The notes: generated from the sequence alone by a model not told the origin. Counted from the stretch's first letter, positions 47,613 to 57,569 are shown. The stretch: 63,728 bases of DNA from a virus (IMGVR_UViG_3300037294_000424:1-63728); one strand, 5' to 3'. A program made the numbers and translations.

Positions 47613-47894
47613 TTAATCATTCCCTGAATTAATGGCCCATTCTCTTAGCTTGTCCATGCGCTGGTTGTGCTGCTGAATGATTAGCTTAAGCGTCTCGGCG
47701 TATGCTGATGCGTCTATCCAATCAGTACCCGTGGGCGTGGGTATGTCACTTTTAATTATTAGGTGTGCTGGTGGCACTAACTTGATTGTCTTCACCTCTT
47801 TGAGTGCCACGGTCTTTGGTGTCGTCGGTGTTGAAGAGCAGGCCGATAATGTGAGCAGGCATAGGGCTAAAGCTGCAGTCGTCTTGGGTGTCAT
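47613..47894 (-). CDS. o-spanin (Rz1-like lipoprotein)
   Basis: Lipobox LTLSAC, Pro-rich, overlaps the i-spanin 3' end. Confidence 0.8.
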   Translation of the reverse strand: MTPKTTAALALCLLTLSACSSTPTTPKTVALKEVKTIKLVPPAHLIIKSDIPTPTGTDWIDASAYAETLKLIIQQHNQRMDKLREWAINSGND

Positions 47895-48207
47895 TTTGTG
47901 CTGTCCTTCTGGCTTGTGCTAATCGGTTTTGAAGCTGGGCGTTATCCTTGGCGGCCTTCTCGGTTAAGTCTCGGGCCAGTTGCTGATCCTTGTCGAACTG
48001 AAGCAATAAGCTTCCTAGCTCGGTCTGCTGCCTGATCGTGTCTTTGCCTGCTTGCTCAATGTCACTGGCTAACGCTGCATTGTCACTCGTTAGCTCGGTC
48101 ACGGTCTTTGCCATGGTCATGTTGTCTTGCTGAAGGTCAGTAACAAATACATAGCCCCCAATTGCGCCCAGAGCGATGAGCAGGTACGGCAATAACTTTA
48201 AAAACAT
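47752..48207 (-). CDS. i-spanin (Rz-like)
   Basis: N-terminal TM helix, coiled coil and C-terminal C...PMP. Confidence 0.8.
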   Translation of the reverse strand: MFLKLLPYLLIALGAIGGYVFVTDLQQDNMTMAKTVTELTSDNAALASDIEQAGKDTIRQQTELGSLLLQFDKDQQLARDLTEKAAKDNAQLQNRLAQARRTAQNDTQDDCSFSPMPAHIIGLLFNTDDTKDRGTQRGEDNQVSATSTPNN

Positions 48208-48273
48208 AAAATCCCCTTTGGTCAATGGTTGTAAATCTCGGGGCTGATGTTATCGCCTAGGCCTTCAAATGGC

Positions 48274-49116
48274 TCAAAACAGGGCGTTATGCTGGGCTGC
48301 AAATTTGCTCAGTACAATTTTAGCCATCGGGTTGCTTACCATTGATTGGTAGACGGTCGTTAGCTCGGTATACATGGCCTTGGTAAATCCTGTCTTAGTG
48401 GCATTCCAAGTCAGTAGGGCGGTTTCATAGGATCTAACCTTGTCAGAAACGCTCATGGCCTTGGCACGTACAGGGGCATTCTTAGCCGCCATGGCTTTAC
48501 GTCTAGCGGCTTCCTCATCGCTTAGGCGTTCGCCTCTGGCTATCTGGTTGCGCTTTGTAACGGCTTTATAGGCTGAGTCAGTGGCAATCTTACCTAAATG
48601 CTCAAGCTCGCTTCTAATCGCTTCATAGCGCTTTTCAAGAAAACCCCGTGTAGCGTTTACGCTCACAGTGTTCTTTAAATCTTTTCCTTGTTCGTAAGAA
48701 CTGTTTATGTGATCTTTTTTCGAGGGGGCTAAGTGATCTTTTAGCGCTTTCTTCTTTGCAGCTTCCTTAAGTACCATGCGGGCTTTCTTGAACATGGCCC
48801 CTATGAAACTTTCAATGATTTCATAGACCATTGTTTGGCGTACTTGCTGGCCGTTGATAATGATGTTCGGACGCTTTAATACACGGATAGCGCCAGCGTC
48901 TTTAAGTAGCTGGATATGTGTAACGATGGTTCGACGGTCTAAGCCAGTGAGTGCAGCTAAGCGGTCTTGTGATGGGAATATCTTACCTTTAGGACTCCAA
49001 TGTATAGCAAGCGCTTGGAGTGTGCGGCCTAAGCCTTTTTTAATGACTCGGGTATCAATAATGGTTTCTATAGCAGATACAAGGGGTGCAGAGTGTCGGA
49101 TCTTAAACGTATTCAT
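48274..49116 (-). CDS. HTH replication initiator, putative lytic replication protein (RepL-like role)
   Basis: IFPSQDRLAALTGLDRRTI..HI..L...G.I winged HTH; internal GTGATCTTTT repeats at about 48709 and 48733. Confidence 0.65.
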   Translation of the reverse strand: MNTFKIRHSAPLVSAIETIIDTRVIKKGLGRTLQALAIHWSPKGKIFPSQDRLAALTGLDRRTIVTHIQLLKDAGAIRVLKRPNIIINGQQVRQTMVYEIIESFIGAMFKKARMVLKEAAKKKALKDHLAPSKKDHINSSYEQGKDLKNTVSVNATRGFLEKRYEAIRSELEHLGKIATDSAYKAVTKRNQIARGERLSDEEAARRKAMAAKNAPVRAKAMSVSDKVRSYETALLTWNATKTGFTKAMYTELTTVYQSMVSNPMAKIVLSKFAAQHNALF

Positions 49117-49154
49117 AACTATCCCTGCTTACCTGACTTATTTTCAGGCAAGAC

Positions 49155-49343
49155 TTGACGTTCTAAGGCAGTCAGAATACAATTCGATTGGTTAGATCGT
49201 ATTTGTATTCTGACTAGATGTGATATTATATTATTTTAAATTAAATTAAATGGTTGGCTAAAACTGTGCTTGGTAGAGCGTGTAACTCTTCTTGCAATAA
49301 GGTGTAAGCCTTGAAAGAGGACTCTTAGGAGTCCTCTTTTTTT
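49155..49343 (+). ncRNA. Putative antisense RNA to the rep leader (promoter to terminator)
   Basis: TTGACG(49155)-17bp-TACAAT(49178) and terminator AAAGAGGACTC-TTAG-GAGTCCTCTTTTTTT; no ORF between. Confidence 0.5.
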
Positions 49344-49633
49344 GTCTGTTTTTTATTATTTTCATTTCCAATTCCCTTAATTCATTCGGATTTTCTCTTC
49401 TGACGGGGCAAATGATAGATCCCATTGGGGATCAAAGTCACTAACTATCTAGATCACCTCACACTGATCATTCATGCAGTGCTTGTTTACCCCTTGTTTT
49501 TTAAAGTTATTTAATTCACCCCTCGCGATCCCGTCTCACGCTGTTTGCTCAATTATCCCGCTTTACTTCCCAGTTGAACGATCAAATAAAGGTGTTAGGA
49601 TATAGGTTCTAAATAAACCTGAAAGGCCTAGCA

Positions 49634-50500
49634 ATGCTTGATTGTGATGAACCCAGTAAAATTGTAAAAACTGAAGCTAATACTTCTGAATTATGTCGTT
49701 TTGATCACAAATATGAGGTTATTAGTGCGGATATCCCTTGGAAGTATAACGATAAGAAGATGAACAGGGGCGGCGCGGCGCGGTATTACGACACGTTAAC
49801 GATTGATGAAGTTAAGAGCATTAACGTCGGATCGGTTGCTGCTGACAACTCACTGCTTATGCTCTGGGCCACTGCGCCGCTATTGCCTGAAGCGCTTGAG
49901 GTTATCAAGGCATGGGGGTTTACCTATAAGACTGTTGGCTTTGTGTGGGTGAAGCGTTCTAGTCGATTCTGGGAGGGGTTAGCCAAGCGAGCCAGAAAAG
50001 ATATTGTTGATTATTCAAAGCTTTATTCTGATGTTGACGAGTTAGATCCTTACTCGCCTTCTGCTGCAAAGTCTTGGTTCGGTGCTGAGTGGGCTAAGTC
50101 ATTATTCAATAGGGCGTCGTATTATATCGGTATGGGGTCATACACTCGGGCTAATGCTGAGTTTGTTCTCTTTGCGGTTAAGGGCAGGGGTGCATCATTG
50201 ATAGACGATCACTCTATTAGTCAGGTCATTGATGCTTGTAAGCAAGAGCATTCTAGAAAGCCTGAAGAGTACCTAGAGCTAGTAGAAAAGCTAACAGGGG
50301 GGTGCAGTCGCTTTGAAATGTTCGCCCGTCGTCGTCGCGAGGGCTGGCACGTATTGGGTGATCAAGTCGATTCCGACTATTATCTTGATGAAAACATGCA
50401 GTTACAGAGATTTTTAATCCCTACAAAATTGAAGAGTAAGCCCACAACTAAGCCGTATGTGAAGAAAATAGCCAGTATGTTTAGTCCTGAAAAGGTGTGA
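49634..50500 (+). CDS. MT-A70 family N6-adenine methyltransferase
   Basis: ADIPW, LMLWAT, AWGF.YKT..FVWVK, GMG.YTRANAE and HSRKP motifs. Confidence 0.92.
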   Translation: MLDCDEPSKIVKTEANTSELCRFDHKYEVISADIPWKYNDKKMNRGGAARYYDTLTIDEVKSINVGSVAADNSLLMLWATAPLLPEALEVIKAWGFTYKTVGFVWVKRSSRFWEGLAKRARKDIVDYSKLYSDVDELDPYSPSAAKSWFGAEWAKSLFNRASYYIGMGSYTRANAEFVLFAVKGRGASLIDDHSISQVIDACKQEHSRKPEEYLELVEKLTGGCSRFEMFARRRREGWHVLGDQVDSDYYLDENMQLQRFLIPTKLKSKPTTKPYVKKIASMFSPEKV

Positions 50501-50536
50501 TGATTGTCGCGGGTCGCTTATTAGTTGTTGAATATT

Positions 50537-50585
50537 AAGTTGTTAGGATGTAAATTGCGCCTCAATAGTTACATCCTAACAACTT
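50537..50585. promoter_or_regulatory. Inverted pair of putative C1 operators
   Basis: AAGTTGTTAGGATGTAA (50537-50553) and TTACATCCTAACAACTT (50569-50585) are perfect reverse complements. Confidence 0.75.
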
Positions 50586-50598
50586 CGGGCGGCAAGAT

Positions 50599-51525
50599 AT
50601 GGCGATAAACTCAGATATATGGGGGGCTTCATGCGCCCATAGTGGTGAAGATGACTTGGTTTTTGATTGCGTGAATGATAGTGGATCCCGTGGTTTTTCG
50701 GTTGAGGTTACTCGTTCAGCCATAGAGCCAATGCTCGGTGGTGCCGATAGCGCTGAAGTTGATGCGGTTGATCTCTATGAAGTCATGCTTGCAGATCTAA
50801 AGATCAAGCTTGATGCTTCGATTTATGTTGGTGAGGCCCACAAAGGGCGGGTTGAAGTATTGGCGGCAGAATTAGCCAAGTTTAAATCCAAGGTTCGCGA
50901 CCAGAAAGCGGGTTCTGTGTCTGCGCTTGAGACGTTGAAGACGGCAAAGCGCATACGAGACGAGATCACCGATGAGCTATCAGACGTCCGTAACGATAGG
51001 CGTTATCTCACAATGCTGGTGGACTCAATCATTCATGACGACTTCTTCACTTGTGATGAGGGCAGTGCTTCGCTGTTTTCCTTCAGCACTTATAACGTCT
51101 CTTCTACTGAAGATGGCTTTGCCATAGATGAAAACTTCCCTATCGCGCTCTGGCTCAATAAAAATGGCTTTGCCTGTATCTTGGGCGTTTCTGCTGACGT
51201 AGATGAAAACGGCGAGCGCTCGCTTGTCATGCCTGATTCACCCAGCCTTTCAAGAAAGCGGATAGCCTACCTTTGCCCGCCTAAAAAATATCACAATGAG
51301 ATAGCCGAAAAGCTTATGCAGTATGACGTTAAGGCCTGTAACGAAGCGTTAGCTAGGAGCCGACTTATTTTGTCAACGCTCGCTATTAAGGGTGAGTATG
51401 AAGAAAACGGCAAGCTCACTAACAAAGAGTTAATCGCTGTGTCCCGCACTCGTCGCGAGTCTGTGGCTGCCCACTTTGCTAGCAAGTCAAAGAGAAAGGT
51501 TAAAGCAAAAAAGGGAGGCCGTTAA
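50599..51525 (+). CDS. Hypothetical early protein
   Basis: 308-aa ORF following the operator pair. Confidence 0.7.
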   Translation: MAINSDIWGASCAHSGEDDLVFDCVNDSGSRGFSVEVTRSAIEPMLGGADSAEVDAVDLYEVMLADLKIKLDASIYVGEAHKGRVEVLAAELAKFKSKVRDQKAGSVSALETLKTAKRIRDEITDELSDVRNDRRYLTMLVDSIIHDDFFTCDEGSASLFSFSTYNVSSTEDGFAIDENFPIALWLNKNGFACILGVSADVDENGERSLVMPDSPSLSRKRIAYLCPPKKYHNEIAEKLMQYDVKACNEALARSRLILSTLAIKGEYEENGKLTNKELIAVSRTRRESVAAHFASKSKRKVKAKKGGR

Positions 51526-51720
51526 ATGCCTGAGTTCGTTTTTGCTATTAAGCCGATGTTCGCCATGGCCGCGCTTGTCGTGGCTATTGAAGCTATCGCC
51601 ATCTTTGTGCAGTGCATGTTTTCAGAATTTAACCCAGTAAAAATAGGTGTCAGCGTCGGCGCTGTTGTCACTGCTGTTGAGGTGTTTCTTTTAACCGTCC
51701 CTATCCACTGGTTTATTTAA
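51526..51720 (+). CDS. Small two-TM membrane protein
   Basis: GGAGG RBS; two hydrophobic segments. Confidence 0.55.
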   Translation: MPEFVFAIKPMFAMAALVVAIEAIAIFVQCMFSEFNPVKIGVSVGAVVTAVEVFLLTVPIHWFI

Positions 51721-51724
51721 GGTA

Positions 51725-52723
51725 TTGATTATGATTAGTAAGAATTTCCCGCGCTCTGTGAGCCTGTACTCAATCAAGCAGGGCTTTGTTTTCGACACGC
51801 AAGCCCTAGCCGAACAGTTGCCCGCTTTCTCGTTCACGCCTTGCCTGCCTGATAGCGGGCAATCACTCGGCTTTGTTGGCCCGCTGGGCGGTGATGAGCT
51901 TGTGCATCATTTAGTTGAGGGTGCGTTTGTGTTGGCCATTCGCCATCAAGAGAAAGTTGTCCCCGCTGCTGAAGTGGAACGGGCGTTAAAAGAGCGCACT
52001 GACCATATTGAAAAGACTGAGCTTAGGCTTGTTCGCGGTGCAGAAAAACAAGCTCTTAAAATAGAGGTTATTTTGGAGGCGAGAAAGGTGGCATTTAGTC
52101 GTTATAAGAACGCTTCGATAATGGTTATTCCTTCAAAGGGCTTGCTGTGCGTATTCGGTGTGAAGGCGGCCTTTGCAGACCAGATAACGGTATTGCTTAG
52201 TAAGGCTATTGGGTCGCTGCCTATTCTTGTGGCCGAGGTGCCAAAGCTTGATCTAAACGGTCTGTTTAAAGGCCTGTTTAGTAGTCACCTAGTTGAGCCG
52301 TTGGGCAATATCGCTTTGCAGCACACAGATCACGGCAAGGCTCACTTTGAAATACTTGATGCGGATATTCGCATTAATGAAATGCTGACAGAAGGCTATA
52401 TGGTGGATTCGATAAGGGTTGACTTGGTGGGGCTTTTCTCATTCGTGATTAAGTCCAGCTTTGCTATCTCGGGCCTTAGATGGCATGAGTCGATCGCCCT
52501 CAAGTCTGAAGAGTATGAAGCGCCTCTTAATGAGGAAGGTGTGGATGCTGCTGAAGCCAAGGAGGTTGCCCGCCGCCTGCAATTAGCCGCTAACTTTCTG
52601 CTTGTTCAGGTGGCTTTCAGTCGATTTGTGGACAATTTCTTAGCGCTGTTCGGCGGTCTAACAATAAGGCATCTGGCAGAGAAAGGCCAAAATGAAGCAG
52701 AAAGCGGCGAGGGCGTTAAATAA
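51725..52723 (+). CDS. rdgC: Recombination-associated protein RdgC (P1 HrdC-like)
   Basis: FTPC......LGFV.PLG, EKVVP, AFSR and IGSLP motifs. Confidence 0.85.
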   Translation: MIMISKNFPRSVSLYSIKQGFVFDTQALAEQLPAFSFTPCLPDSGQSLGFVGPLGGDELVHHLVEGAFVLAIRHQEKVVPAAEVERALKERTDHIEKTELRLVRGAEKQALKIEVILEARKVAFSRYKNASIMVIPSKGLLCVFGVKAAFADQITVLLSKAIGSLPILVAEVPKLDLNGLFKGLFSSHLVEPLGNIALQHTDHGKAHFEILDADIRINEMLTEGYMVDSIRVDLVGLFSFVIKSSFAISGLRWHESIALKSEEYEAPLNEEGVDAAEAKEVARRLQLAANFLLVQVAFSRFVDNFLALFGGLTIRHLAEKGQNEAESGEGVK

Positions 52724-53187
52724 TGTCACTTCAACCAAGAACAAAAGAGGCCGTGTTTTCCGCGATGCGCTTTGCCGTTGAAAACTTCGGTGGGTTTTTT
52801 GAAGCCGCTAAGGCCTTAACCATAAATGAGCTGCGCTTTTCCTCGGTGATAGATGAAAAGTGTGATGTGCCGCCTCAGTGGGTGGATGCGTTCATTGCTT
52901 ATGGTCAGGGCCATGTAGGCGCTCATGGCTTCAAGGTCGTAAGGAATAAGTATCTTGAATCTATTAACGTCGCTAAAAGCACTAAGAGCCGTGCAGGGAT
53001 AATGAAAAGAAGCGGGTCTACAAACAAGTTAATCAGAATAGGCGGCCAGCTTAGGCTTTTACCAAAAGAAACGCCATTGCCTGCTGGGGCTGTGTATGTG
53101 AGCGTTGTAGCGGGTAGCTCGGTGTACTTGGATGGCAAGCTCAAGGCCAAATACCAAAGCATGGCGATGTGTGAAAAAAGTATTTAA
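52723..53187 (+). CDS. Hypothetical protein
   Basis: Coupled ORF, 154 aa, followed by terminator. Confidence 0.6.
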   Translation: MSLQPRTKEAVFSAMRFAVENFGGFFEAAKALTINELRFSSVIDEKCDVPPQWVDAFIAYGQGHVGAHGFKVVRNKYLESINVAKSTKSRAGIMKRSGSTNKLIRIGGQLRLLPKETPLPAGAVYVSVVAGSSVYLDGKLKAKYQSMAMCEKSI

Positions 53188-53290
53188 CGGCCTTCGCTAC
53201 TAAATAGCGCTAGGCCACCAGCCACTAACTCGCCCTGTCTTTGATGGGGCTTTTTTATGCCTGAATACCGCCTAATTCAACTGGCGTTAC

Positions 53291-53300
53291 ATCCTAACAA
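53291..53300 (+). promoter_or_regulatory. Putative C1 operator
   Basis: TTACATCCTAACAAAA, intergenic. Confidence 0.65.
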
Positions 53301-53448
53301 AAGCTAATTGCAAGAGTTGGCGTAAAGTGCCAGAATATCTGCTTGTTTTTGGCAAACTAATTCGGGTGAATAAGATGCTAGTTAAGAGAGAAATTAAAAA
53401 GATCACATACCTATTCCCATTGGGCTTGAGAGCCATTAAGGGGGCCAT

Positions 53449-53940
53449 GTGAGCATACTTGAAAACCTTTTTACTCAAGATGACTATGTGATATTGCATC
53501 ATAACGGGAGATTCGTTTTATACAGTGTGAGCGCTGGCCGTCCTATCGTTACTGAGTCTTTTACTGAGAAGCCTTTACTAGCCTATCTGTTAGAGTTTCA
53601 TGATTGTGAGGATGAGGGCGATGAAGACGAGGCCTTTGTTGTGAGTGTGACTATTGATGAGGCTAAAGAGAGGGGCGTTACTGGTAGCTATGACAGCCTT
53701 GAGCATTGCATAGAGGCCAATACGCTAGGAGAAGGCGGTATACCTATCTCTTACGTGCAGTTCCTTTTAACGTATTTCCAGAGAGGCATTAAGAATGTCC
53801 ATCGTTGTGAGCAATGCAATGAGGCGGTACGTATAGCTGATAGTGTGAGTGAGTTCATTGGCAATGGCGGTGAGTTGTTAGTGTCGCATTATTGTAGTCA
53901 CTGTTCGTCATTTAATGGCATGAGCGTGGGTGTTATCTAA
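53449..53940 (+). CDS. Hypothetical acidic protein with CxxC...CxxC
   Basis: 163 aa; CEQC and CSHC motifs. Confidence 0.6.
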   Translation: MSILENLFTQDDYVILHHNGRFVLYSVSAGRPIVTESFTEKPLLAYLLEFHDCEDEGDEDEAFVVSVTIDEAKERGVTGSYDSLEHCIEANTLGEGGIPISYVQFLLTYFQRGIKNVHRCEQCNEAVRIADSVSEFIGNGGELLVSHYCSHCSSFNGMSVGVI

Positions 53941-53962
53941 GCTTATTTTTGCGCTTAAATTC

Positions 53963-53972
53963 ATCCTAACAA
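53963..53972 (+). promoter_or_regulatory. Putative C1 operator
   Basis: TCATCCTAACAAAG adjacent to TATAGT/TACAAT. Confidence 0.65.
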
Positions 53973-54009
53973 AGTATAGTTACAATAATTAATTTGTGAG
54001 TGCCTGATT

Positions 54010-54237
54010 ATGACGATAAAGAACAGACGTAGAGCCTCTTTGGATAATGATATTAGCCTGCTATCTGATGCGGTTAAGTTTACGTTCCTTAATGAGCTGC
54101 CCAATGGATCACTTGGTAGAGCTGATGTATTGAGTGGTATTAACGATATGTGGGTTTCTGCCCGCTTGGCTAGTCGCCTGCTTAATACCGATTACATGCT
54201 AGAGGTTCAGGCTAAGGGGGCGGCTAATGGCCTTTGA
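54010..54237 (+). CDS. Hypothetical protein
   Basis: 75 aa, overlaps the next gene. Confidence 0.55.
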   Translation: MTIKNRRRASLDNDISLLSDAVKFTFLNELPNGSLGRADVLSGINDMWVSARLASRLLNTDYMLEVQAKGAANGL

Positions 54238-54925
54238 TGAGCAATTTCTGAGGGAGAGGCAAGCTAAGCAAGCTGATTGGGGTAGAAGGGGCGTTAGAAC
54301 AGGTTCGGGCCGTATGTTCACTTCTGAGGTTGATGCTCGCTTAGCTGCTGGTGGTTTTGGTGTTACTGCAAAGCCTGAGCAAAGAGGGCGTATTAAGAAG
54401 AGCGGCAAGAAGAAGGTTCGCCCTATTGGTTCCCCTCACGCTATGGCACTAGCCAAGCAGGCTGCTAACCCTGCGCTTAGGACTGGTGCAATCGTTAACG
54501 GTAAGAAGAAAGCTGCTAATCATGAGCATTGGGAGCAAGTCATGGTATTTGATTGGCTCTATAGAATAATGCCCGCTTATTACGATGACTTTGCCGCTAT
54601 CCCAAACGGTGGCCTTCGAGATAATAAAACGGCTGGCGAGCTTTATGATGAGGGCGTTAAGTCAGGTTATCCAGATATAACGGGTGATGTGCCTTGTGGC
54701 ATTTATCACGGCCTTTACATCGAGCTTAAGTATGGCAAGGGGAAACCCAGCGATAACCAGAAAGCAGCATTGAGCCGCAAAACGGCAAGGGGTTACTTTT
54801 GCGCTCTGTGTTACGGGCATGAAGAGGCAATCGCAGTGATAAAAGAATATTTAGCTTTGGCCGCTGGTGGCGTGATGGTCAATAACAAATGGGCCGAGCT
54901 TTGGAGTGTTGAAAGTGATCAATAA
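54227..54925 (+). CDS. VRR-NUC (PD-(D/E)xK) nuclease
   Basis: E..EQ, AIPNGG.R, GVKSGYPD, LYIELK and S..Q motifs. Confidence 0.88.
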   Translation: MAFDEQFLRERQAKQADWGRRGVRTGSGRMFTSEVDARLAAGGFGVTAKPEQRGRIKKSGKKKVRPIGSPHAMALAKQAANPALRTGAIVNGKKKAANHEHWEQVMVFDWLYRIMPAYYDDFAAIPNGGLRDNKTAGELYDEGVKSGYPDITGDVPCGIYHGLYIELKYGKGKPSDNQKAALSRKTARGYFCALCYGHEEAIAVIKEYLALAAGGVMVNNKWAELWSVESDQ

Positions 54926-55577
54926 TATTAGCGAGCTGGTGGCCCGTCTAAAAGATGAGGCTGAATCATTAGAAGGGCTAGGCGCTTCAGAGCTTGCCTG
55001 TGGTGTGCTGGCTGCAATTAGAGTTATCAATGATGAGCTAAGCCCATACGACCAGATCGGCGGCGAAGCCAGCGAGCAGGCCGAGCCGTTAGATACCGCC
55101 GAGCTTGATGCTGTAAAAGGTGAGCTTGAAGCAATGGCTACCGCTCATGGCTCGCTGTCAGTGAAGCACGAGCGGCTGATGAAGAGTGTCGGGGCCATTG
55201 AGGCTAATAGGCATTTGGCGGCAGATTACGGCGGCAGGCTGGCCCTAGGGTTTAACGGTTACAAAGTGCTTCAATCCGATGTGAATGCCGCTGAGCAAGG
55301 CATTAGCCACCTTCTAAGGTGTAAGGCCTGTCGTGGCGGCGGTAAGGTTAGGCCCATGTTCTATGTTTATGATTGCGATGTTTGCGGCGGCTCAGGTTGT
55401 AACATTAAAGCCAAGGGGGTGATAGTGGCCCAGCAAACGCTAATCCGCACTCAGAAAACAATGATAACTAAATTGCTGCATGAGATTTTCATGCGGGCAT
55501 TATCCCAAAAAGAGAAAGAGGCCATATCTATTGAGGCCTTTTACGAAGACTCTAAAACGAATGTGAGGTGCGACTAA
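54906..55577 (+). CDS. Hypothetical protein with DnaJ-type zinc finger
   Basis: CKACRGGG...CDVCGGSG. Confidence 0.7.
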   Translation: MLKVINNISELVARLKDEAESLEGLGASELACGVLAAIRVINDELSPYDQIGGEASEQAEPLDTAELDAVKGELEAMATAHGSLSVKHERLMKSVGAIEANRHLAADYGGRLALGFNGYKVLQSDVNAAEQGISHLLRCKACRGGGKVRPMFYVYDCDVCGGSGCNIKAKGVIVAQQTLIRTQKTMITKLLHEIFMRALSQKEKEAISIEAFYEDSKTNVRCD

Positions 55578-55688
55578 TGACGAGAAGGCTTCTAGTAAGG
55601 CGAAGGCGGGCGAATGTGGCTAAGCGCCTAGGGCTATATAATGCGTTTAAATAGGGGTTATGGCCCTTATTTTTTTATCAAATAACTT

Positions 55689-55698
55689 TTGTTAGGAT
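55689..55698 (-). promoter_or_regulatory. Putative C1 operator
   Basis: TTTTGTTAGGAT, intergenic. Confidence 0.65.
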
Positions 55699-55746
55699 GG
55701 TTTTTGGCGGTAATATACATGCTCATATATTTCATGGGGGTGTAGT

Positions 55747-56310
55747 TTGATATTGACGGCAGCAATTTTTTCAGCAATAGGCTATGGGGATGCTCACTTA
55801 ATTGTAGAGCGCCACTTTCCTGCCTCTACAGTCGCCCGCAATAAGCAGGCGATATCTAGCGCGGCGCTGGTGAAGTTTAACCCCGAATCTCTGGGGTTAG
55901 AAATTGTCGATGCCATAGACTACAGGGTAATAGTTGAAATGCTGTCAAAAGGTGTTTTACTGCGGCGTGGTAGTGATGGCTATGGCCTATGCACTTACTA
56001 TGAGCTAGCAGAAATGCCAACTTACGACAGGCTAGTGTCAAATAGATGCACGTTTGAAGTAAACCACGTTCCCTCGGCAGCGAAGATCACAACAGTTAAT
56101 AACATGGCTGCGGAGTTCGGTTTTAAGATTGTGTTTATCAAACCTATCAGGGCGTTTAGGCTTGAGAGTATTGCTGATAGTGAACTAAAGCTAAACGATC
56201 CCTACATACATGGAATAGTTAGAATTAGAGAATTTAACGTGGCCCAGTGGAAGCGGGCCATTGTTGACACCTTGCGACGTGAAGGTGTTGAGATAAAGCC
56301 GATAAAGTAG
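55747..56310 (+). CDS. Hypothetical protein
   Basis: 187-aa ORF. Confidence 0.6.
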   Translation: MILTAAIFSAIGYGDAHLIVERHFPASTVARNKQAISSAALVKFNPESLGLEIVDAIDYRVIVEMLSKGVLLRRGSDGYGLCTYYELAEMPTYDRLVSNRCTFEVNHVPSAAKITTVNNMAAEFGFKIVFIKPIRAFRLESIADSELKLNDPYIHGIVRIREFNVAQWKRAIVDTLRREGVEIKPIK

Positions 56311-56343
56311 GCTTATAACTTTAATTTTGATGGAGGCTGCCTC

Positions 56344-56697
56344 ATGGCCGAGCTAAGAGAAACAACGAGAAGACAACGGATCCTGAGGGCGCGGGACAAA
56401 GCCAGTGGCATTAAAGGGCTTAAGCTGCGATGCACCGAGAATGAAAGCAATATGATTGATACGGTACGGGCCGCGCTTTCAATGACCAGAGCAGAAGCCT
56501 GTATGGCGCTGTTTTTTGAGAAAGCCAAAATTCTTAATATCCCCGTGGTGTGCCAGAAACCTGAAGTTAGGGTTGTATGTAATACTCGCGACTCAGAAAC
56601 CGCGCGGCTGTTAAACGAGCTGGTAGAGTTAACGGGCGCGGCCCCTGCTAATATCCTTGCTGACGCATTGAAGCAAATGAAAGCGTCGCTTTATTGA
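56344..56697 (+). CDS. Hypothetical protein, possible tandem RHH regulator
   Basis: GGAGG RBS; two strand-helix-helix-like halves. Confidence 0.55.
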   Translation: MAELRETTRRQRILRARDKASGIKGLKLRCTENESNMIDTVRAALSMTRAEACMALFFEKAKILNIPVVCQKPEVRVVCNTRDSETARLLNELVELTGAAPANILADALKQMKASLY

Positions 56698-56702
56698 AAA
56701 CT

Positions 56703-56712
56703 ATCCTAACAA
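56703..56712 (+). promoter_or_regulatory. Putative C1 operator
   Basis: CTATCCTAACAAAG, intergenic. Confidence 0.65.
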
Positions 56713-56728
56713 AGATTAGATATCATAG

Positions 56729-56974
56729 ATGACTGAAGACATTGTAAGAACAAATAACCACTTACCTCTTTGCTCACAGCAAGATGCAGGTACGTTAAGT
56801 GCTCATTTTATTAATCAGTACCTAACCAATTGCCGCGCAGTAACTAAAGCCGAGGCGGTTGTGTGCCTTGATGTGCTCAAGGGTGTGGCAGATGGAGCGC
56901 TAAAGGATCTTAGCGTTGATGTAGGGGGTGAAGGTGCGCCAGCGTTAGAGCCAAAGGGTGGGCTTGTTGAGTAA
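56729..56974 (+). CDS. Hypothetical protein
   Basis: 81 aa after an operator. Confidence 0.55.
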   Translation: MTEDIVRTNNHLPLCSQQDAGTLSAHFINQYLTNCRAVTKAEAVVCLDVLKGVADGALKDLSVDVGGEGAPALEPKGGLVE

Positions 56975-57158
56975 AGGCTTGAAGGGTGGCGAGTGCGCGG
57001 GTAGGTGTTGTAATACCGTCGGCGCTCAGTCTTACAGTATTGATTTTTTCCCTCTGGTTTACTATTGCCAAGATTGTGCAAAGCACGAAAATGATTCGAA
57101 GCTTAGAAAGGCGGAAAGCCCTAGTTATTCAGTCAGGCCCAACGGGACAGATAGATAA
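56958..57158 (+). CDS. Small Cys-rich protein, possibly TraR/DksA-type zinc finger
   Basis: CAGRCC...YCQDCA; ends at a bidirectional terminator. Confidence 0.35.
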   Translation: MGLLSKGLKGGECAGRCCNTVGAQSYSIDFFPLVYYCQDCAKHENDSKLRKAESPSYSVRPNGTDR

Positions 57159-57188
57159 GAAAAGGCCAGCTTAGATGCTGGCTTTTTT
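57159..57188. terminator. Bidirectional terminator
   Basis: AAAAGGCCAGC-TTAGAT-GCTGGCTTTTTT. Confidence 0.75.
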
Positions 57189-57206
57189 GTTTGTGCGTTA
57201 AGGCTG

Positions 57207-57569
57207 TTACTGGCCGAGTTTAGGAAGGGCAGCCTTTGGAACGGCTATTTCCTTGGGTGCCGCCACTGCTTGAGGTGCGGTTGTTGCTAGATCTTCTATG
57301 GGCAACCCCTGTGCCTCTGGCAGCTTTTCCCCTGACATTAGCGCGATAATATTTTCTCGCTTTGCCATGGGCGGTAGGTCGTGAAAGCTCGGGCTTAAAT
57401 CAAGCATTTTAAGCAGGTCGGTAAACCCCGCTTCTTTCATCATGAAACCCACACTTAGGCAGTCGCCTATGAATGAGCTTTTCCCGAACGCCCCCGACTT
57501 GTAAGCCTCGGCCATTCTGGCCTCTGCTGTTTTGGTATTGCCTTTGGTCTTGTAGCGTATTTCAGCCAT
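57207..57569 (-). CDS. ParR/StbB-like centromere-binding adaptor
   Basis: Small gene directly downstream of the actin-like ATPase; low-complexity C-tail. Confidence 0.6.
   Translation of the reverse strand: MAEIRYKTKGNTKTAEARMAEAYKSGAFGKSSFIGDCLSVGFMMKEAGFTDLLKMLDLSPSFHDLPPMAKRENIIALMSGEKLPEAQGLPIEDLATTAPQAVAAPKEIAVPKAALPKLGQ

Noticed and set aside
49260-49312. tRNA-like fragment (TTGGTAGAGCG)
   Set aside because: No acceptor stem, T-arm (GTTCGA) or CCA; better explained as part of the putative antisense RNA
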